From assembly GCA_030524175.1 (NCBI GenBank), contig JAUNHC010000010.1, forward strand, positions 68,411 through 132,410: 64,000 nucleotides of DNA. The letters run 5' to 3'. The notes under the pieces were generated by a model. It saw only the letters and a program-made list of their open reading frames with translations. It was not told the origin of the DNA and did not search any database. Of this stretch, positions 57,522 to 64,000 are shown piece by piece. A program made the translations under genes and the position numbers. How positions within the stretch are numbered: the stretch's first letter is position 1; the number at the start of each line of letters is the position of its first letter. This stretch comes from Eubacteriales bacterium (GTDB lineage Bacteria > Bacillota > Clostridia > Lachnospirales > Lachnospiraceae).

Positions 57522-58378
57522 TCTAACCCCCCTTGACACCATTCACATATGGAACGGCTGCACAGCCAAAGTTTCCTCCGGTAATCATCCATTTCACTGA
57601 ATATTTTGCTCCGGCTCCACTTCTCCAGGCTCTCGGCTGCCAGTACTGCTGTCCTGGAAACCACCTCATGAGTTTCCTCCGGAAGTTCATTCATATAAAA
57701 TTTAAGCCGCCTTCCCGAAATCCCTCTTAATCCCAGAAAACTTAGAAACCATTCCGCCCGATATTCTCCAAATGCATATAATATTCCGAAAAAATCTGCA
57801 ATACACTCGTCATAAAGGTTATTTCTGGAGGATCCCAATACCTGTTTCGTAAAATAATGAGTACATTCATGCTCCAGCCTTATTTTCATAGATTTGTCTT
57901 TCCATTCCTCTTCGGTTATGCCTATTTCTTCAGCCGGAACATTGCTATAATCCTTGTTTGACAGAATAATAAATCGTGTTTTTTTGCCGTACGCAAAGGA
58001 TGCTCCTGTACTTTCCAGTCCCTGGGGACGCTTACCCTTATATATGATCTGTACTACCAATGTCTCAAAATCCTTCTGACATCCTGCCTTGATCACCGGT
58101 ATCCCGCCAACTGGTGTATGGTGTAAGACCAGCTCTACCAAGTCCGGTTCTTCAAAAGTCATATAACGTTCCACAGGCACCATATAACGGTTCAGAGCAT
58201 CTGCCGCCGACTTTGCTGCTGCATGATCAAAGATTCTTTCCCACGCCTTTAGGAACTCAATGTCACATGCTGGTTCTTTCCCCGGTTCAGGTATAATAAA
58301 AGGGTTGCGGAAATACTCCTCCAGAATAGAAATATCTTTTTCCCTTGCCCCCAAACTTTTCAAAAATTCCTTTTCCAT
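57518..58378 (-). CDS. HExxH-containing protein (gluzincin-like metal site), function unknown
   Basis: HECTH followed by NNLYDECIAD. Confidence 0.7.
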   Translation of the reverse strand: MEKEFLKSLGAREKDISILEEYFRNPFIIPEPGKEPACDIEFLKAWERIFDHAAAKSAADALNRYMVPVERYMTFEEPDLVELVLHHTPVGGIPVIKAGCQKDFETLVVQIIYKGKRPQGLESTGASFAYGKKTRFIILSNKDYSNVPAEEIGITEEEWKDKSMKIRLEHECTHYFTKQVLGSSRNNLYDECIADFFGILYAFGEYRAEWFLSFLGLRGISGRRLKFYMNELPEETHEVVSRTAVLAAESLEKWSRSKIFSEMDDYRRKLWLCSRSICEWCQGGLE

Positions 58379-58389
58379 GTTTATACTCC

Positions 58390-60552
58390 TTATACCAGCT
58401 GCCGTTTAGCCATTTGTGCAAACATGCCGTCCATACTCATCAACTCCTCATAAGTTCCGGATTCAGCAACCTTCCCCTGATGAAGATATACAATGCGCGA
58501 ACAGTTTCTTATGGTAGACAGGCGATGGGCGATCACAATTCTTGTACACCTGGTCTCCTCCAATGACTTCACCACTATAGCCTGGGTAATATTATCCAAA
58601 GCGGATGTGGCCTCATCAAACATGAGAATACTAGGATCTGCCACCAAAGCCCTGGCTATGAGCAGTCTCTGCTGCTGTCCGCCGGAAAGGCCCCCGCCGC
58701 CTTCGGAAATCATAGTAAACATGCCCATAGGCATATTTCGGATATCTTCAGCAAAACCGGCCTTTTCCGCTGCATTCCAGGCATCCTCTATGGTCAGCCA
58801 GGGCGCACAGATTACAATATTGGAATAAATATCACCGGAAAAGAGCTTTCCGTTTTGAAGTACCACTCCAATTTTCTGCCGTACGCTGCGCACATCAACT
58901 CCGGCCAAGTCATTTCCGTCAAAGTACACAGCGCCTGATTCCGGTTTTTCGAATCCAAGCAGCAGACGGAACAAGGTTGATTTTCCGCAGCCTGAGGAAC
59001 CTACTATCCCAAGATACTCTCCCGGCTTAATATGCAGGCTTAGTTCATCCAGGACATACGGCATGTCCTCGTTATAACGGAACCTTACCTGGTTTACTTC
59101 TATTTCACCCTCTAATTCCCCTATCTGTTTTTTTATCCCGTCCGATTCCGGCGCCGCTTCCAGGATTGGCTTAAGCATATCCACTGCAGGCCGCAGAGAG
59201 GAAATCTGTGACGCAAGTCCAGACAGAGCAAGCACACTTGCTGTAAACGCTGCAAAAGCAGAGTTAAATGCGATGTACTGGGATGTACTCATCTCCCTGC
59301 TGTAAGCTGTTAAATACAATACAATAGTGCCTCCAAAAGATACAAAATTCGTAAGGGCCGTGGACATCTGAAGAAATTTTCCCGGAATCAAGGGCTGTCT
59401 GCTGTACAAATCTGCCCATTTCCGAAATGCTCTTACTTCTGCCCCTGCCACCTTTATTTTTGTGATTCCGTCTAAAAACTGGAAGACCATGCCGGAAAGC
59501 TTATTGCTCACTTCGTTTTCCGCTTTTGTCTGTATCATCTGGTAATATGCTGTCAGCAATGACACACCCAGCAGTAAAATAATGATCACCAGTGACGGCA
59601 GAAGCATTGAGGAATGTATCTGTGTAATCTGAAACAAATACAGGAAAGAGAACATGGAACCTAGTAAAGTAGGTATCATAGCTCCGCCCAAAATTGTGCA
59701 GATCTGATTGACTGAGTTCGCCCTTGAAGTCATTTCACCGGAATCATATTCCTTGAAAAAGCCTGTGGGAAGACTCATGATCCTGGCCCATACAGCCCCT
59801 TGGGCATTCAATTCCAATTTATTGCCTATACGCATCACCCACAAGGTTCTGGACAGTCCCATAATTGCAGAAATAACGGTTGTTCCTACCAGAAGAACCG
59901 TGATTCCGAAAAGTGTGTCAGGTGTGCCTGATGGAACCACAAAATTAAAGATAAACTGCGTAATGGAAGGAAGGATCAATCCGATCAGTCCGACCACCAG
60001 GCTTATTCCCAGCAGACATAAAATATCAGCACGTGAAAATGACTGCGCCAGAAATCTCCAGAAATCTTTAATTGTCAGACTCCGGCTTTCAAAGGGCCGG
60101 TAAATACAGTAGGCTGTATCCCTGAATCCTCCTGCATTTTTCTTGGTAACCTTAACTGTATCCTCTCCCTGTATCCAGATATAGCCTCCGCCTGCTGCCG
60201 GAATCAATGCACGTATTTCTCCTGTCTCATGCCAGCATAAAAGAGGCATGGAACCATCCTTCCACCATTTCCCCTCCAGGGAAATTTTTCTTCTGAGAAT
60301 TCCCGTGACGGACATAGCGTACTGAACTTGTTCTTCATCACCGCTGATATCTTCAGGAATCTCAATAGGCTTCATTTGAAAAAAATCCAAAATCCGGTTT
60401 ATTTCCTGGCCAAGAGATGTGCTTGAATCTCCTTTTTCATTTTCCTTCGGCTGCAGCGAATGATAAACGTGCGTAGAAGAATATTGAAACATTTCTCTGT
60501 CAATGCGCTTTTTTTCTTTTAGTTTTTGAGAAAAATCATTCAAATATCTCAC
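58390..60552 (-). CDS. NHLM/NHLP-type bacteriocin ABC transporter, subunit without active peptidase
   Basis: Degenerate C39-like N-domain without Cys, 6 TM, GSSGCGKST, LSGGQQQR, FDEATSALD. Confidence 0.9.
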   Translation of the reverse strand: MRYLNDFSQKLKEKKRIDREMFQYSSTHVYHSLQPKENEKGDSSTSLGQEINRILDFFQMKPIEIPEDISGDEEQVQYAMSVTGILRRKISLEGKWWKDGSMPLLCWHETGEIRALIPAAGGGYIWIQGEDTVKVTKKNAGGFRDTAYCIYRPFESRSLTIKDFWRFLAQSFSRADILCLLGISLVVGLIGLILPSITQFIFNFVVPSGTPDTLFGITVLLVGTTVISAIMGLSRTLWVMRIGNKLELNAQGAVWARIMSLPTGFFKEYDSGEMTSRANSVNQICTILGGAMIPTLLGSMFSFLYLFQITQIHSSMLLPSLVIIILLLGVSLLTAYYQMIQTKAENEVSNKLSGMVFQFLDGITKIKVAGAEVRAFRKWADLYSRQPLIPGKFLQMSTALTNFVSFGGTIVLYLTAYSREMSTSQYIAFNSAFAAFTASVLALSGLASQISSLRPAVDMLKPILEAAPESDGIKKQIGELEGEIEVNQVRFRYNEDMPYVLDELSLHIKPGEYLGIVGSSGCGKSTLFRLLLGFEKPESGAVYFDGNDLAGVDVRSVRQKIGVVLQNGKLFSGDIYSNIVICAPWLTIEDAWNAAEKAGFAEDIRNMPMGMFTMISEGGGGLSGGQQQRLLIARALVADPSILMFDEATSALDNITQAIVVKSLEETRCTRIVIAHRLSTIRNCSRIVYLHQGKVAESGTYEELMSMDGMFAQMAKRQLV

Positions 60553-60555
60553 CCC

Positions 60556-62736
60556 TTATTCGCTTTTTACCAATGCGGCATATTTGCCGTCAAGTGCAGT
60601 AAGTTCTTCATGTGTGCCGCGTTCCATCTCCTGCCCGTATTCCAAAAGGATGATCTCGTCCGCATCACGGATCGTTGACAGCCTGTGTGCAATTACGAGA
60701 CATGTAATTCCCCTGCGCTTTACCGCATCCATGATCTTTTTCTCTGTATAGGGATCCAGCGCTGATGTTGCTTCATCCATGATCAGCACAGACGGCTCCG
60801 CCGCAAAAGCCCTGGCAATTTCAAGACGCTGACGCTGCCCTCCTGAAAAATTGCTTCCGCCCTCTTGTATCACGAAATCATATCCATTTTTTCTTCCGAC
60901 GATCTCATCATGTATACAGGCATCTCTGCAGGCCTCAACAATGGTTTCCTCACTCATTGTCTCATCCCACATAGAAATATTTTCCCGTATGGTTCCTTCA
61001 AACAAAGAGATACTCTGGTCCACCATTGCAACAGAATTTAGTATGACATAATGATCCACCTCACTTCTGTCTTTACCGTCAAGGAGGACTTTGCCGCTGT
61101 TTGGAGGATATAAACCTGCTATGATCTTTGCCACTGTTGATTTACCGCTTCCGCTGCCTCCCACCAACGCGATCATATCGCCTGGCTTTGCGTGAAAGCT
61201 CAGGTTCTTGATAAGAGGCTCTGCCAGCGGGCTGTATCCGAAGGTAAGATCTGAAAGAGTTACGTCACCTTTTAATTTCTCGTATACAGTTTGGGTTTCA
61301 CGCTCCTCATCCAGTTGACCCTCTTCTTCAAAACTGATGTCAACATCTGTAGGGTAATTCATTACATCTTCCACTCTTTCCATATTCCCGCCCATATCCT
61401 GAAAAGCCTGCATGGAATTTACAACCGCTCCAACGGGCTGAAGAAAAAGACTTACAAATCCCTGAAAAGCCATCAATGTTCCGATTGTGAACTTACCCAC
61501 AAAAATCTGATATACACCCATGACTAAAATAGCGCAATTGCACAGACCTGTAAGTATCTGGGGGGCAATCCCGATATAGGCATTATTTTTTTTGAGCACA
61601 AGCAATGAATTATTATATTTTGTCTGGTATCCTGATATCTTTTCAAAGAAACCGAATTCTGCACCGCTTGCCTTAATGGTTTCTATCATGGAAATACCTG
61701 CAACCATGATTCCTGAAAGCTTTCCTGAATCCCTCTGGATGTTTTTCACTGCGTTAGCGTTCTGTTTTGACACCTGTTTCATTATCACCACGTTTATGAC
61801 AGCCATACCCATTCCCACTAATGCCATGGGTATATCATAATAAAGCATTAGAATGAAATACATTCCGATCATTACAACATTCAATGCTACAGGAGCTATG
61901 GTCACGCACAAAGTATCCGCAATTGCGTCAATGCTGGTCAAACGTGCGGAGATATCTCCGGCAAAACGCTGGGCAAAAAAGCCTATCGGAAGACGAAGTA
62001 TATGCCATATAAAAGATGAGGAAGAACCTATGCTCATTTTTGCCCTGATCTTATAGAGATAAATGCTCTGCAGTGCCTCAAACAGAAAACCCGCAAACAA
62101 TACAAGGATCATCCCCTGAATCATAGGCATCATCCACTCCGGTGCATTATTCAGAAGGATACTGTCAGTAAACATTTGATAAAATACCGGTTTGATCATG
62201 CCGATCACAGCCAGCAGGAAACCCATGGTAAGGACAAAACCCAACGGAGCCTTGGAGCCGTCAAGCCTTTTTTTCAAAAAGCCCATAATACTTTTTGGTT
62301 TACCCTCAGGTTTAAAATCAGCCATTGGCTTAAACGTCATGGATACGCCGGTAAAAGATTTGTCAAACACCTCCATCGGTACTTTCACAGTCCCGCCTGC
62401 GGGATCATTGAGAATTGCATAATCCTTCCTGAAACCGCACAGCACTACAAAGTGATTAAAGTTCCAATGGATGATCATAGGAAAATCTTCCGGTTTCTTT
62501 TCCTTTAGTTTTTGTACGCCGATCCGGAAGCCTCTCGCCTCAAGGCCGTGATGTCTGGCCGCCTTTAATATATATTTAGCTGTGCTTCCATCTCTGGATA
62601 CATTGCAGTCCACCCTCAACTGCTCAAGGGGAACAAACTTTTTATAGTAGGCCAGAATCATCGCTAAAGATGCTGCCCCGCACTCCAGGGCCTCCATCTG
62701 CAGAATCACCGGCACTTTTACGATTTTTCTTCCCAT
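60556..62736 (-). CDS. NHLM/NHLP-type peptidase-containing ABC transporter (C39 + TMD + NBD)
   Basis: QMEALECGAASL (Cys), HWNFNHFVV (His), NDP (Asp), GGSGSGKST, FSGGQRQR. Confidence 0.93.
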   Translation of the reverse strand: MGRKIVKVPVILQMEALECGAASLAMILAYYKKFVPLEQLRVDCNVSRDGSTAKYILKAARHHGLEARGFRIGVQKLKEKKPEDFPMIIHWNFNHFVVLCGFRKDYAILNDPAGGTVKVPMEVFDKSFTGVSMTFKPMADFKPEGKPKSIMGFLKKRLDGSKAPLGFVLTMGFLLAVIGMIKPVFYQMFTDSILLNNAPEWMMPMIQGMILVLFAGFLFEALQSIYLYKIRAKMSIGSSSSFIWHILRLPIGFFAQRFAGDISARLTSIDAIADTLCVTIAPVALNVVMIGMYFILMLYYDIPMALVGMGMAVINVVIMKQVSKQNANAVKNIQRDSGKLSGIMVAGISMIETIKASGAEFGFFEKISGYQTKYNNSLLVLKKNNAYIGIAPQILTGLCNCAILVMGVYQIFVGKFTIGTLMAFQGFVSLFLQPVGAVVNSMQAFQDMGGNMERVEDVMNYPTDVDISFEEEGQLDEERETQTVYEKLKGDVTLSDLTFGYSPLAEPLIKNLSFHAKPGDMIALVGGSGSGKSTVAKIIAGLYPPNSGKVLLDGKDRSEVDHYVILNSVAMVDQSISLFEGTIRENISMWDETMSEETIVEACRDACIHDEIVGRKNGYDFVIQEGGSNFSGGQRQRLEIARAFAAEPSVLIMDEATSALDPYTEKKIMDAVKRRGITCLVIAHRLSTIRDADEIILLEYGQEMERGTHEELTALDGKYAALVKSE

Positions 62737-62757
62737 TATGTCCTCCTGTGTGGGTAT

Positions 62758-63678
62758 TTACGGCATTAAAAGCCGAATAGGATTGACCTCACTTGTTATC
62801 ACAATAATAGAGCATCTTGTACCAAGCTCTACAGCCAGTTCTTCTCCTTTTTTGTTAGACCATTCATAAGAATTTTTTGAGTCGGGATTCAAGTTTATTT
62901 TAATATGTACTTCCACACAGGACGTATCCGGAAGAAAGTCCTTTACATATGACATTGTGCCCATATGACGTATAATACTGTCCTCCGTGGCAGGAATGCT
63001 TCCTACAGAAGTAACCACCCCGGACATATACCCATATTCTTCTCTCGGGGCATAATTGGGAGAAATCTGAGCCTGCATACCTGCGCGGATTCCTTTTGCC
63101 TGTTCCATAGGAACAAATGCAATGATTTCGTTATATCCTCCATTGGAAGTTTCGCCTATGATAGAAGATACGATTGCTCCGTCGGTAATATCGGTTCCCA
63201 CTGCTGCAATACTCTGGACAGATCCTGAGTAACTGCTTCGCAATACTGTTTCTGCCTGGTATTCCTCAATCTTACGCTGTATCTTTTGTTCCATTAACAG
63301 CTGCTCATCTGTATTTTTCTCCATGACAGCCATCTCATCTTTCATATTCTGGATTTCTTCCAAGACAGCTTCATTTGACAGAGTCATCAAAATGTCACCG
63401 GTGGCCACAACCTGGCCCTCCTGCACCAAAACATCACTGACGATTCCGTCACACATAGCGTAAACATTCTGGATATCCCTGTTACTGAACAAAACACCTT
63501 CTATATTGACTCCATTTGTGATCGTATAGGTAAAGGCCCATACAACAAAGGACACTGCACCTGCCAGAATTGCCAAATACAACAGCCAGGTTGCCGGTCT
63601 CATGATTTTTACCTGCTGATTAAGCTGTTCCGGCGTGGCCACATGGTCCGTCGCCGTTTTCCTGAAAATATCTGCCAT
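62758..63678 (-). CDS. NHLM/NHLP bacteriocin system secretion protein (HlyD-like)
   Basis: IFRKTA...TPEQLNQ N-terminus, TM, biotinyl-lipoyl-like GIVSDVLVQEGQVV, SPNYAPREEYGYMSG. Confidence 0.88.
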   Translation of the reverse strand: MADIFRKTATDHVATPEQLNQQVKIMRPATWLLYLAILAGAVSFVVWAFTYTITNGVNIEGVLFSNRDIQNVYAMCDGIVSDVLVQEGQVVATGDILMTLSNEAVLEEIQNMKDEMAVMEKNTDEQLLMEQKIQRKIEEYQAETVLRSSYSGSVQSIAAVGTDITDGAIVSSIIGETSNGGYNEIIAFVPMEQAKGIRAGMQAQISPNYAPREEYGYMSGVVTSVGSIPATEDSIIRHMGTMSYVKDFLPDTSCVEVHIKINLNPDSKNSYEWSNKKGEELAVELGTRCSIIVITSEVNPIRLLMP

Positions 63679-63721
63679 AATCTCTTCCTCATTTCAATAT
63701 TTAGAGCAAAACCCAAAACAA

Positions 63722-64000
63722 TCAAATCTCATAAAGCACAATTTTCGCCCCGCATTTACAGTTGCTTTTGCACAAGGGACAATATACATCATTGGATTCA
63801 ATTCCCTTATAGAACTGCAAATCTGTTATTATCCCAATTTCTCTGGAAAAATGATTCTTCAAAGAATATTCCGGTTCTTTCCTGTCATAGGGAATCCACT
63901 GCTCTGCCAGGAGAAATGACGCTTTCTTCTCTATCAGCCTGGCTTTTGCCAATTCCGTCATTTCCTTTTGCATACCGCGGTTTCTCATTTTCTTTTTGGT
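63722..64000 (-). CDS. 3' end of an upstream ORF with a Cys-rich C-terminus (probably truncated by the window edge)
   Basis: Frame is open to position 64000; ends YCPLCKSNCKCGAKIVLYEI. Confidence 0.45.
   Translation of the reverse strand, partial: TKKKMRNRGMQKEMTELAKARLIEKKASFLLAEQWIPYDRKEPEYSLKNHFSREIGIITDLQFYKGIESNDVYCPLCKSNCKCGAKIVLYEI

Overview
Low-GC Firmicute chromosome segment. S12, S7, EF-G and EF-Tu resemble Clostridia, probably Lachnospiraceae (inferred, not searched). Left to right: (1) 5' end of a ROK repressor and an aldo/keto reductase; (2) a ~12.5 kb efflux/antimicrobial-resistance block (TetR-MFS-FtsX/ABC, MerR, BceRS/BceAB-like module, hypothetical protein, TrmO-like gene behind a MerR-type promoter); (3) a minus-strand glycan locus (sialidase-like protein, DHDPS-family aldolase, YesL-like protein, sugar ABC, YesMN-like two-component system, GH106-like hydrolase); (4) the str operon rpsL-rpsG-fusA-tuf; (5) two large palindromic intergenic elements; (6) an amidase and a class A beta-lactamase-like protein; (7) a LacI/GH32 fructan locus; (8) a frameshifted Ser/Thr kinase with a PP2C phosphatase and a hypothetical protein; (9) a two-component system. 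The highlight is (10), a tightly coupled operon of at least 18 genes (48318 to the window edge, minus strand). It combines five Nif11-like double-glycine RiPP precursors with Lys at core position 1 (position 2 in A1), a radical SAM/SPASM enzyme, a tandem GNAT, an HExxH protein and the three-gene NHLM-type C39 exporter with a dissociated type II PKS/FAS set (ACP, KS, CLF-like KS, DH, KR, carboxyltransferase, no enoyl reductase seen). This looks like a RiPP-polyketide hybrid lipopeptide pathway; I know of no characterised example of this combination. No tRNA, rRNA, CRISPR array or transposase was found. All family assignments come from motif reading, not database searches.
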